This document shows, piece by piece, positions 1 through 8,396 of a stretch of 64,000 nt of DNA (position 1 is its first letter; each line of letters starts with the position of its first letter). The stretch covers positions 3,465-67,464 of the forward strand of contig JAZQTA010000009.1 in NCBI GenBank assembly GCA_045630385.1, read 5' to 3'. The position numbers were made by a program, and so were the translations under genes. The stretch comes from Eubacteriales bacterium (GTDB taxonomy: Bacteria > Bacillota > Clostridia > Oscillospirales > CAG-272). The notes below the pieces were generated by a model that was given only the letters and a program-made list of their open reading frames with translations, searched no databases and had not been told where the DNA came from.

Positions 1-379
1 AACAATTGTTTGCACCATGAACAAAAAAAACGGTTTCAAAACAAAGAATAGAAAATATAGCTTTTTTTGCAAAAAGCAAGGAGCGCAAAGAAAACGCACC
101 GCGCAAGCATTGCGGCACGAAGCAAAAAAACAATGTCTTTCGCCCGATCACAAAAAAAGGCAGGGCATACGCGTTGACCGAGGCCTTAAAAGTTTTTTGC
201 CGGAAGCGGATCTGAAAAAATCGGCGCACCGCCCCAATACTTATTTGCTATATTATAACACGCTTCCGTGCATTTTGCAAGATATTTTTTCAAAAGCCAA
301 AATGAACAAAACCATCCTATAATATTTGTATAATATTATCAGAAAAATATGTTTTTTTTTCATTTTTTTCTAAAAGCCC

Positions 380-408
380 TTGAAAACCTTCAATACTTAT
401 GGTAGAAT
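380..408 (+). promoter_or_regulatory. sigma-A type promoter upstream of the first Cys-rich lipoprotein gene
   Basis: TTGAAA (380-385), 17-nt spacer, then TGgTAGAAT extended -10 (400-408). Lies about 30 nt upstream of GGAGGG (429-434) and ATG 439. Confidence 0.6.
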
Positions 409-438
409 GAATCAGAAAAACAATTTTTGGAGGGAAAA

Positions 439-1935
439 ATGAAAAGAATTTTCTTCTTACTTTTAACCGTTGCCCTGGCGCTCGTTGCGCTTACGGGCTG
501 TTTCGGTACCGAGAGCCACACGTACAGCTCCGATTGCGATCCTCTTTGCGACTGCTGTGCAACCCCCGTGATAAGAGACACGACAGGGTTCGACCACAAT
601 CGCGAGACCTGCGAGAGCACCGTCTGCTCCGTTTGCCAGACCGTGATCCTGCCCGCAACGCATCAGTATGAGAGTGACTGTGCTCCCAAGTGCTCCGTTT
701 GCCAAGCAATCCGCACCGACCTGAAGCACACCTACGCTACCGATTGCTCCACCGCATGCTCCGTTTGCGGCGAGAAGAGAGACGGCGTAGTTCACACCTA
801 CTCTCAGGCATGCGACGTTGAGTGTGACATCTGCAAGGAGATCCGCCCTGCTGAAGGCCTTGAGCATGCATGGCTTCACCCCTGCTCCACTCAGTGCACC
901 TACTGTGGCGCAACCCGTTCGGCAGAGCACGTATACGAGTTTGAGTGCTCCGTTGCTTGTATCTATTGCGGTGGCACCAGAGCTGTGGATGCCGAGAAGC
1001 ACGATTATGAATTCGGATGCAGCAGCACCTGCCGTACTTGTAATTATGTAAGAAAAGACAACGAACACGTTTACAGCAACGCTTGCGATCAGATCTGCGA
1101 TTACGGTTGCGGCCACCAGAGAGACGAGCAGCACGTATGGACCGGCATTTGCACCGACCAAAAGTGCGATGCCTGCGGTGCTACGAAGTCGGATAGCCAC
1201 GTAGATGCTGACGAAGACTACATTTGCGATGTATGCCGGAGCATTTACGATCACAAATGCTTCAACAATGATTCTCTTGACTGCGACCGCATCTGCGTAG
1301 TTGAAGGTTGCGGCAAGCCCGTTTCGGCACACAAATACGATTGCGATTGCGATGCGACCTGCGGTAACGAAGGATGCACCACCGGTGACAGAGTGGCTGC
1401 CGAGCACGAGCCCATTGCCGATTGCGGTACGGTTTGCCGTTACTGCGGTATAGCTCTTGAAGCTTCCGAGCCTGTTGCTCACACCTATGACGGTGAGTGC
1501 GATACCACTTGCAACAAATGCGGCGAAACAAGAAGCGTGACTGCACCCCACGTAGCCTCCGCTACCAAGGGATGCGGAATTTGCGATGTTTGCGGCGAGA
1601 ATACCGGCTTTACGCATTCCTATGATTCTGCTTGCTCCGCATTCTGCAATATTTGCGAGGCAAAGAACCCCACCGGCGGTCACGTAGGCCTCTACCTCTG
1701 CTCCACTGAGTGCAAGCACTGCGGCGCTGCACTGGATAGCATTCGTCACACCTTCGCTTACGATTGCTCGACTCGTTGCGCAATCTGCGGCGCACACGTA
1801 CGTACCGATGCAGCTGATGCTCACACCGATCTTGATGGTGACAAGGGTTGCGATATTTGCGGCGAGGCTCTGCCTACCACCGGCGAAGGCGTTCTTCCCG
1901 AACATACCATTCCCGCGAAGAAGGACGACGAATAA
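439..1935 (+). CDS. Cys-rich repeat lipoprotein, function unknown (paralog 1)
   Basis: The ORF track starts at 427 (TTG), but ATG 439 follows a GGAGGG RBS. Lipoprotein signal peptide MKRIFFLLLTVALALVALTGC. I count 62 Cys in 498 aa, almost all in triplets. About 17 units of H-x-[YF]-x3-C-x3-C-x2-C-G-x2-R. A strong terminator follows. Confidence 0.85.
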   Translation: MKRIFFLLLTVALALVALTGCFGTESHTYSSDCDPLCDCCATPVIRDTTGFDHNRETCESTVCSVCQTVILPATHQYESDCAPKCSVCQAIRTDLKHTYATDCSTACSVCGEKRDGVVHTYSQACDVECDICKEIRPAEGLEHAWLHPCSTQCTYCGATRSAEHVYEFECSVACIYCGGTRAVDAEKHDYEFGCSSTCRTCNYVRKDNEHVYSNACDQICDYGCGHQRDEQHVWTGICTDQKCDACGATKSDSHVDADEDYICDVCRSIYDHKCFNNDSLDCDRICVVEGCGKPVSAHKYDCDCDATCGNEGCTTGDRVAAEHEPIADCGTVCRYCGIALEASEPVAHTYDGECDTTCNKCGETRSVTAPHVASATKGCGICDVCGENTGFTHSYDSACSAFCNICEAKNPTGGHVGLYLCSTECKHCGAALDSIRHTFAYDCSTRCAICGAHVRTDAADAHTDLDGDKGCDICGEALPTTGEGVLPEHTIPAKKDDE

Positions 1936-1950
1936 TTCGTTAACGAGTTT

Positions 1951-1987
1951 ATGTCGTGACCACATTTCGTGGTCACGACATACTTTT
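1951..1987 (+). terminator. rho-independent terminator after paralog 1
   Basis: 13-bp perfect stem ATGTCGTGACCAC / GTGGTCACGACAT with a 5-nt loop, followed by ACTTTT. Confidence 0.75.
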
Positions 1988-2123
1988 CAATCGGATCTCT
2001 TCCTAATATTTATATAGGTTTTTAACTATTTATTTCCCTACTTGCTTTCTATCGTTCCTTCTTGTCGGCATGCGGCATGCCGCAAAAAATAAATGAAAGG
2101 ATGGATACTACATCCACAACGCT

Positions 2124-5036
2124 ATGAAAAGATTTTTATTCTGTACATTGACCGTTGTACTGATGCTCTTCGTTCTTGCAAGCTGCTTCGGTACAGAAAG
2201 CCATCGGTACACTGCTGATTGCTCTACAATCTGCGCCGACTGTAACGTCAAGATGCGTGACCCGTTGGTTGCGCACACCTATGACAGCTGTGCCGACCTT
2301 GATTGTAACGTATGCGGCGAAGAGCGCGAAATAACCGAGCATGAATACGCCGGTGTCTGCGCAACGAAATGCTCCGTGTGCGGCGCTGAACGTACCAACG
2401 AAAACAATCACAATTACGACAGCCCCTGCGACATCGATTGTAACGTTTGTAAGGAACCCAACAAAAACGTTTCCGAGCACGTTTACCAGAACGATTGCGA
2501 CACCGACTGCGAGTTCTGCGGTGCACAGAGAGTCACCGAGCACAAGTACACCAATGATTGTGACAAGGACTGTAACGTTTGCTCCGCGCTTAGAATTCCC
2601 AAGGCTCACGTTTACACCTATCCCTGCTCCCTCACCTGTAACGTCTGCGGCGCGGAGAACCCCGCACCTGCGGCTTGCCAATACTCCCACGCTTGCGATG
2701 CTGACTGTAACCTTTGCGGCACGCTCAGAAATGCCGCGGCGCACGTTTACGATCATGCCTGCGATGAGGACTGTAACGTCTGCGGCGAGGTAAGATCTGT
2801 CAACGATCACACTTACGACAACAGCTGCGACGCCGATTGTAACGCTTGCGGCACTCTCCGCGAAGGCGTGCACGCATTCGGTGCTTGGAGAACCAAGACG
2901 CCCGCAAGCTGCACCTCCGCTGAGATCCTCGTAAGATACTGCGCAGATTGCGGCGCAGAGGAGACGATGGATGGAGCACCTGCTCTTGATCACATCTTCA
3001 CCAACGATTGTGACGTACAGTGCAACCGTTGCAGCTACAAGAGAGAGATCAAGCACTCCTATGATACCGATTTCTCCGTTTACGTTCCCGTATCTTGCAC
3101 GACCGCAGAGATCCTTGAAAGATTCTGCTCCGTGTGCGGAGCGAGAGAAACCCAGATCGGCAAGGCCGCTCTCGGACACACCTACACCAACACCTGCGAT
3201 ACCACCTGTAACCGCGAGGGATGCGATTACGTCAGAGTGATCACGCACACCTTCGGCGAATGGGAAACTAAGACCATCGAAAACTGCGTGGATGATGAGA
3301 TCGAGCATCGCATCTGCTCTGTCTGCGGCGTAGAAGAAACCAGAACCGGCACTGCTGCTCTCGGTCACACGCCTTTGGCTACCGATTGCGAGATCTGCTC
3401 CGTCTGCGGCGAAGCAAGCGGCTTTGAGCATGGCTTTAGTGAATGGGGAACAAAAAAACCTGAGGATTGTTACAACGATGAGATTGAAAATCGCATCTGT
3501 TCCGTCTGTGGCGACGAAGAGACCAGAATCGGAACTGCCGCTCACGGACACGTTTATGCGGATGATTGCGATGCTATCTGCGAGCATGGATGCGGCTTTG
3601 AGCGTATCCCTCCCCACGTTTATGACGGCATTGAGGATCTCGTATGTAACGAATGCGGCCACAACCGTGAATGCACCGGACATCTTCCCTACGTAAAAGA
3701 CTGCACCATCTGCCGTATTTGCGGCAAAGCAAGCGGCTACGAGCATAGCTTTGGCGAATGGGAAACCAAGACATCTGAAAACTGCACCGATGCAGAGATC
3801 GAGCATCGCATCTGCTCCGTCTGCGGCGTAGAAGAAACCAGAACCGGCACTGCCGCTCTCGGTCACACGCCTTTGGCTACCGATTGCGAGATCTGCTCCG
3901 TCTGCGGTCAGGCAAGCGGCTTTGAGCATAGCTTCGGCGCATGGGAAACCAAGACACCCGCAAGCTGCACCGAGGATGAGATCGAGCGTCAGATCTGCTC
4001 TATCTGCCGCAAGGAAGCAACCAGAGTCGGCGACAAAGAAGCATTTGGCCACAGCTACGACAACAATTGCGACACCACTTGTAACACCTGCGGAACGTCG
4101 AGAACCGTAGAGCACGATTTCGAGGGTGTTGCATGGACAGAAAAGACACCTGCAGATTGCTTCAAAGCACAGATCCTTGCAAGAAAGTGCCTTGAATGCG
4201 GCGCTGAAGAAACCAAGGAAGGCATCGGCGCTCTTGGTCATACGCCTCTTGCAACCAATTGCACTGTCTGCGCAAGATGCGGCCAGCCGTCCGAAATCGA
4301 CCATGAATTTGGCGATTGGGTAACCAAGTCCGCGGCTGATTGCTACAATGCAGAGATCCTTCACAAGGTTTGCGGCAAGTGCGGCATCGCAAGCACGGAA
4401 ACCCAGGAAGGCGAACCGGCTCTCACGCATACCTACACGGATGCATGCGATGCCATTTGCGACCTTTGTAACACTTTTGAGCGTATTCCTCCTCACGAAT
4501 ACGCAGACGAGCATGACGTAAGCTGTGAGCTTTGCGGTGATGTTCGTGCCTGCACCGGCCACAAAGCATTGGCTAACAACTGCCTTGTTTGTGAATACTG
4601 CGGACAGGCAATTCCCGGTGCGGAACACTCTTACGCTTTCATTTGCGATACGGACTGTGATGTATGCGGTGCCACAAGAGCTGCGTCTCACTCGCCTTCT
4701 GCAGCAGATTGTACCGTTTGCCAGTACTGCGACCAAACCATTCCCGGCGCGGCTCACGTAGCACTCGAAACAGATTGCACCGTTTGTGCAAACTGTAACG
4801 CAGGCACCGGAAAAGCACATGAAGCAGATCCTCACAACTGTGTTGTATGTCAGCACTGCGGTAAGGCAAGCGGCAAAACGCATACGCCTAACACGGCAGT
4901 AAACTGCACACAGTGCGAGACCTGTGGCAAGAGCCTTGGCACTTCGCACACGGATGCGAACTCCGATGGTCACTGCGACAAGTGCCCGATGGAAACGCTT
5001 CCCGGCGAAAACTGGTACCCCTGGGCACCCCTTTGA
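2124..5036 (+). CDS. Cys-rich repeat lipoprotein, function unknown (paralog 2)
   Basis: Signal peptide with lipobox MKRFLFCTLTVVLMLFVLASC. The mature N-terminus CFGTESHRY matches paralog 1 (CFGTESHTY). I count 110 Cys in 970 aa, arranged as about 36 triplets of three module types. No canonical SD seen upstream of ATG 2124. Confidence 0.85.
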   Translation: MKRFLFCTLTVVLMLFVLASCFGTESHRYTADCSTICADCNVKMRDPLVAHTYDSCADLDCNVCGEEREITEHEYAGVCATKCSVCGAERTNENNHNYDSPCDIDCNVCKEPNKNVSEHVYQNDCDTDCEFCGAQRVTEHKYTNDCDKDCNVCSALRIPKAHVYTYPCSLTCNVCGAENPAPAACQYSHACDADCNLCGTLRNAAAHVYDHACDEDCNVCGEVRSVNDHTYDNSCDADCNACGTLREGVHAFGAWRTKTPASCTSAEILVRYCADCGAEETMDGAPALDHIFTNDCDVQCNRCSYKREIKHSYDTDFSVYVPVSCTTAEILERFCSVCGARETQIGKAALGHTYTNTCDTTCNREGCDYVRVITHTFGEWETKTIENCVDDEIEHRICSVCGVEETRTGTAALGHTPLATDCEICSVCGEASGFEHGFSEWGTKKPEDCYNDEIENRICSVCGDEETRIGTAAHGHVYADDCDAICEHGCGFERIPPHVYDGIEDLVCNECGHNRECTGHLPYVKDCTICRICGKASGYEHSFGEWETKTSENCTDAEIEHRICSVCGVEETRTGTAALGHTPLATDCEICSVCGQASGFEHSFGAWETKTPASCTEDEIERQICSICRKEATRVGDKEAFGHSYDNNCDTTCNTCGTSRTVEHDFEGVAWTEKTPADCFKAQILARKCLECGAEETKEGIGALGHTPLATNCTVCARCGQPSEIDHEFGDWVTKSAADCYNAEILHKVCGKCGIASTETQEGEPALTHTYTDACDAICDLCNTFERIPPHEYADEHDVSCELCGDVRACTGHKALANNCLVCEYCGQAIPGAEHSYAFICDTDCDVCGATRAASHSPSAADCTVCQYCDQTIPGAAHVALETDCTVCANCNAGTGKAHEADPHNCVVCQHCGKASGKTHTPNTAVNCTQCETCGKSLGTSHTDANSDGHCDKCPMETLPGENWYPWAPL
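3258..3430 (+). repeat. intragenic duplication, copy 1
   Basis: About 173 bp matching 3756-3928. The 113-bp core (3297-3409 vs 3795-3907) differs at only 2 positions by my reading. Offset is 498 bp, or 166 codons. Confidence 0.8.
3756..3928 (+). repeat. intragenic duplication, copy 2
   Basis: See copy 1. Both encode FGEWETKT..ENC..(D/A)EIEHRICSVCGVEETRTGTAALGHTPLATDCEICSVCG.ASGFEH. Confidence 0.8.
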
Positions 5037-5063
5037 TGCCGAGATAACCGAATAAATGAATTT

Positions 5064-5097
5064 GAGCGACCTACCTTCGGGTGGGTCGCTCTTTTTT
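5064..5097 (+). terminator. rho-independent terminator after paralog 2
   Basis: 12-bp stem GAGCGACCTACC / GGTGGGTCGCTC (one G-U pair) with a TTCG loop, followed by TTTTTT (5092-5097). Confidence 0.85.
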
Positions 5098-5119
5098 CAT
5101 CGCCGCGCAACGCGCGGTG

Positions 5120-5280
5120 TATATCATCCGCGAAGCGGCATATCATCCGCGAAGTGGTATATCATCAGCCCTTGCGGCTGTATATCATCCGCGAAGCGGC
5201 ATATCATCCGCAAAGCGGTATATCATCCGCGAAGCGGTATATCATCCGCGAAGCAGTATATCATCACCCCTTCGGGGTTG
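5120..5280. repeat. 8-unit tandem array, 19-bp period: (T/C)ATATCATC plus a GC mini-hairpin
   Basis: Units start at 5120, 5139, 5158, 5181, 5200, 5219, 5238 and 5257. Consensus is TATATCATCCGCGAAGCGG (hairpin CCGC-GAA-GCGG). Units 3 and 8 keep TATATCATC but carry different hairpins (AGCC-cttgc-GGCT and ACCCC-ttc-GGGGT). Confidence 0.9.
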
Positions 5281-5417
5281 TATAAATGATAAGCCACGCA
5301 AAACATTCCCTCAGTCGCTTCGCGACAGCTCCCTTTACACAAGGGAGCCTTAAACACAAAAACATTTTGAACTGATTTTTATTCGCATTATCCTTATCGG
5401 CAATAGCCTATTTTGAA

Positions 5418-5444
5418 CCACGCGACTATCGCGTGGTTTTCGTT
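5418..5444 (+). terminator. orphan plus-strand intrinsic terminator with no CDS upstream
   Basis: CCACGCG-actat-CGCGTGG followed by TTTTCGTT. It lies about 140 nt downstream of the tandem array and about 320 nt beyond the previous terminator. Confidence 0.55.
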
Positions 5445-5452
5445 ATACAAGC

Positions 5453-5487
5453 AAAAAAGCGAGAGCCAAGATTTACTTGACTCTCGC
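5453..5487 (-). terminator. terminator of the transketolase operon
   Basis: On the minus strand: GCGAGAG-tcaagtaaatcttgg-CTCTCGC followed by TTTTTTGC. Confidence 0.65.
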
Positions 5488-5508
5488 CATAATTTTATTA
5501 TGTAAGAA

Positions 5509-6450
5509 TTACTTCTTTGCAATAGCTTCCTTTGCCTTTGCCGCGATGTTCTTCGCAGTCAGACCGTAGATCTCAAGAAGCTCGGGCACCTTACCGCTGC
5601 GGCCGTAAGCATCTTCAACGCCTACACGCTTTACAGGGCAAGGGAAGTTTTCGGAGAGTGCTTCGCAAACCGCACCGCCAAGACCGCCGATCACGCTGTG
5701 CTCCTCTGCAGTAACAACGGCGCCGGTCTTTCTTGCGGAACGCTCGATCAGCTCTGCATCCAGAGGCTTAATGGTGTGGATATTGATAACCTCGGCATCA
5801 ATTCCATCTTCTGCAAGCATTGCAGCGGCTTCCATTGCAAGGTGAACCATGAAACCGGTCGCAACGATAGTTACGTCCTTACCTTCCTTGTAAACAACGC
5901 CCTTGCCGATCTCGAAGCGGTAGCCCTCAAGCTCAGCAGAGAGATCCGGAACGGCAAAACGGCCGTAACGAAGATAAACAGGACCGTCAAAGAGCAGAGC
6001 GGCTTCCGTAGCGGCATAAGCCTCGGTAGCGTCTGCGGGGCAAATAACCGTCATGCCGGGGATAGTACGCATCAGAGCGAGGTCCTCGTTCGACTGGTGA
6101 GTTGCACCGTCCTCACCAACGGTGATGCCTGCGTGGGTTGCACCGATCTTTACGTTGAGGTGAGGATAACCAATGCTGTTGCGCACCTGCTCGTATGCAC
6201 GGCCGGATGCGAAAATCGCAAAGGTGGAAACAAAAGGAATCTTACCGGTGGTCGCAAGACCTGCGGCAACACTCATCATATTGCCTTCTGCGATACCGCA
6301 ATCAAAAAATCTTTCGGGGAACTTCTTCTTGAATACACCCGTCTTCGTTGCCGCTGCAAGGTCTGCATCCAAAACAACGAAATCATGCTTTTCACCGAGG
6401 GCTGCCAATGCGGCACCGTAGGCTTCTCTGGTTGCTTTCTTTTCTGCCAT
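5509..6450 (-). CDS. transketolase, C-terminal (pyrimidine-binding) subunit
   Basis: 313 aa. Motifs REAYG..L..LG, VLDADL, FFDCGIAEGNM and GATHQSNEDLALMR are typical of split transketolase subunit B. RBS AAGGAGGGAA. Confidence 0.93.
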   Translation of the reverse strand: MAEKKATREAYGAALAALGEKHDFVVLDADLAAATKTGVFKKKFPERFFDCGIAEGNMMSVAAGLATTGKIPFVSTFAIFASGRAYEQVRNSIGYPHLNVKIGATHAGITVGEDGATHQSNEDLALMRTIPGMTVICPADATEAYAATEAALLFDGPVYLRYGRFAVPDLSAELEGYRFEIGKGVVYKEGKDVTIVATGFMVHLAMEAAAMLAEDGIDAEVINIHTIKPLDAELIERSARKTGAVVTAEEHSVIGGLGGAVCEALSENFPCPVKRVGVEDAYGRSGKVPELLEIYGLTAKNIAAKAKEAIAKK

Positions 6451-6464
6451 GTCTACTTCCCTCC

Positions 6465-7304
6465 TTATTTCAACTCTGCATCGATTTTGTTAAGATCTTC
6501 TACGGCAACAAGGTACTGCTCTTCCTTGGGAGCCTGACCGTGCCACTCGCACTTATTCTCCATGTAGGAAACACCCTTACCCTTGATCGATTTTGCGATG
6601 ATCACGGTGGGCTTTCCCTTCACGGTCTTCGCCTCCGCGAAGGCGGCCTCGATCGCGTCAAGGTCATGCGCGTCGATCGAAATTACGTGCCAGCCGAATG
6701 CGCGGAACTTCTCGTCATGGGGCGTGGGATCCATAACCTCGGCGATAGGACCGTCAATCTGAAGACCATTCCAGTCGATCACCGCGCAAAGGTTATCAAG
6801 CTTATAGTGAGCGGCAAACATAGCCGCCTCCCAAACCTGTCCCTCTTCGCTCTCGCCGTCACCAAGGATGGAATATACGCGATACGCATCACCCGAGATC
6901 TTTGCGGAAAGCGCCATGCCGCAAGCGGCGGAAATACCGAGGCCGAGAGAACCGGTGGTCATATCCACACCGGGCGTACCCTTCATATCGGGATGTCCCT
7001 GCAGGCGAGATTCGGTCTTACGAAGCGTCTTCAGCTCCTCTACGGGGAAGAAGCCGCGATGTGCAAGAACAGAGTACAGCGCAGGAGCCGTGTGGCCCTT
7101 AGAAAGAACGAAACGATCGCGCTTAGGATCCTTAGGATTCTTGGGATCAACGTTCATCTCTTCAAAATAAAGATAGGTCAGAATATCCGCAATGGAAAGA
7201 GATCCACCGGGATGGCCGCAGCCGGCGTTATACACGCCGTCAATAATGCCGTGACGAACTGCATTGGCAGTTCTTTTCAAGGCAAGCTTACGAAGTTCTT
7301 CCAT
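6465..7304 (-). CDS. transketolase, N-terminal (TPP-binding) subunit
   Basis: 279 aa. Motifs GHPGGSLSIADILTYLYF, FVLSKGH, GSLGLGIS and LGDGESEEGQVWEA. Directly upstream of the C-terminal subunit. Confidence 0.93.
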   Translation of the reverse strand: MEELRKLALKRTANAVRHGIIDGVYNAGCGHPGGSLSIADILTYLYFEEMNVDPKNPKDPKRDRFVLSKGHTAPALYSVLAHRGFFPVEELKTLRKTESRLQGHPDMKGTPGVDMTTGSLGLGISAACGMALSAKISGDAYRVYSILGDGESEEGQVWEAAMFAAHYKLDNLCAVIDWNGLQIDGPIAEVMDPTPHDEKFRAFGWHVISIDAHDLDAIEAAFAEAKTVKGKPTVIIAKSIKGKGVSYMENKCEWHGQAPKEEQYLVAVEDLNKIDAELK

Positions 7305-7341
7305 AATTTACCCCTTTATAAATATATAATGTAGTTTTTCG

Positions 7342-7374
7342 AAAAAGAAAAGAGGCACAATGCTTTGCGCCTCT
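7342..7374 (-). terminator. probable terminator after the membrane-protein gene
   Basis: AGAGGC..GCCTCT stem (7351-7356 / 7369-7374) flanked by an A-run and a T-run. Reads as hairpin plus T-run on the minus strand. Confidence 0.45.
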
Positions 7375-7390
7375 TTTTATGGTAATAAAA

Positions 7391-8104
7391 TCAATATCTC
7401 TTGCGAGTCTTGGTCTGGAAGATGATACCGATAAGAGCGAGAACGCCAAGGAGAACAAAGCCAACAATAACAGGCTGATTCGCAAGGAAAGGAACAGAAC
7501 CGCAAATCTTATCAACGATCTGAATGCCATATTTAGGCTTATCAAGAACGGTAACAACTGCCCATGCACCAAAGATGGAAAGACCCCAGATTTCGAACCA
7601 CTTGCGAAGGATAATAGCAAGAAGAGCGATTACGCCACCTGCTGCAGCTGCAACGATGAGGTTGCCTGCGAAGGAAGAAAGCGCACCGATCGTGCCGGAA
7701 TACAGAAGCCATGCAGGGAAATAAGCAAATGCTGCGATGTAAAGAACCATGTAAAGGAACTTACGAAGAAGGATTGCAATCACGCCCACAACAATACCAA
7801 CGATCCATGCATACTCCGCAATGGCATCAACGGGGATCTTGGGAACAATGTAAGCTACGGTCACGCCGCAAGCGATGCAGAACATACCGAAGAACTTCTG
7901 CACGCCGAGAAGACGCTTACCAAACAAAAGTTCGATTGCACCGAGAGCGATCAGGATGTAAGCAGCGAAAGGATGGATCATCGAAACCATATCCCACAGC
8001 TTATCCCAAATGCCTGCTACCTTTTCGTTGAAAAAACCGTTATAGATCTTTTCATACACTCCTTCAATTTTGCTGAAATCAGCGCCAAGAATCTTATCTA
8101 TCAT
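7391..8104 (-). CDS. polytopic membrane protein, function unknown (possibly DUF4203/TM7S3-like)
   Basis: 237 aa with about 6-7 hydrophobic spans after a short cytoplasmic N-terminus. No catalytic motif recognised. Confidence 0.7.
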   Translation of the reverse strand: MIDKILGADFSKIEGVYEKIYNGFFNEKVAGIWDKLWDMVSMIHPFAAYILIALGAIELLFGKRLLGVQKFFGMFCIACGVTVAYIVPKIPVDAIAEYAWIVGIVVGVIAILLRKFLYMVLYIAAFAYFPAWLLYSGTIGALSSFAGNLIVAAAAGGVIALLAIILRKWFEIWGLSIFGAWAVVTVLDKPKYGIQIVDKICGSVPFLANQPVIVGFVLLGVLALIGIIFQTKTRKRY

Positions 8105-8318
8105 TAGACTCCTCTTTCTCGGTGCGCACCTCGCGCCCGTTATTGTATTTGTTTATATTTTATCACATAATATTCCAAAAGTCAAGAGTTTTTCCATATT
8201 TTTTTTACAAAACGCATATTTTTAATTTCTTACAAAATCAGTCTCGTGATAAGCACGCAGCACGGAACGATAGCAGAAAAACAAAACATTTTTTTATTCT
8301 TCTTCCGCATTATCACGC

Positions 8319-8361
8319 AAAAAAAGCGCTCGGCCGTTTTTTGGGTGTCGAGCGCTTTTTA
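8319..8361 (-). terminator. terminator of the amino-acid ABC transporter operon
   Basis: AGCGCTCG (8325-8332) / CGAGCGCT (8349-8356) with an A-run before and a T-run after, so it is structurally bidirectional. Confidence 0.65.
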
Positions 8362-8396
8362 AAATATGCGAAAAAGACAATATTTGTTTGCATTTA

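Noticed and set aside
17-322. 101-aa ORF at the window start
   Set aside because: Extremely basic, A-tract-derived Lys/Arg-rich translation with no RBS. The region looks like AT-rich intergenic or promoter DNA upstream of the lipoprotein gene.
2066-2082. CGGCATGCGGCATGCCG palindrome/direct repeat upstream of the second lipoprotein gene
   Set aside because: It is a short GC hairpin followed by an A-run, not a T-run, on the relevant strand. It fits neither a terminator nor a recognisable operator. Too short to interpret.
463-4973. Very long antisense ORFs (463-1965 and 2136-4973, minus strand) mirroring the two Cys-rich lipoprotein genes
   Set aside because: Their translations are Ala/Gly/Val/Arg-rich low-complexity sequence with no RBS, signal peptide or motif. 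The plus-strand frames have lipobox signal peptides, strict periodic motifs, a promoter and terminators. These are shadow ORFs of a GC-rich repetitive coding sequence.
439-5036. CxxxCxxC motifs as radical-SAM sites, or the proteins as multiheme cytochromes
   Set aside because: The proteins are exported lipoproteins, the motif is reiterated dozens of times, no SAM-binding elements are present, and I found no CxxCH heme-attachment motif.
5120-5280. Possible CRISPR array
   Set aside because: The units are contiguous with no spacers, the period is only 19 bp, and there are no cas genes in the window.
5056-5353. Two overlapping ORFs (77 and 90 aa) across the tandem array
   Set aside because: Their sequences are just the 19-bp unit read in shifting frames (..YHPRSGISSAK.. 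repeated). They begin inside a terminator hairpin and have no RBS.
5398-5410. 12-nt match GGCAATAGCCTA shared with the yceD leader (28768-28779)
   Set aside because: A 12-mer coincidence is expected many times by chance in 64 kb on both strands. There is no extended similarity around it.
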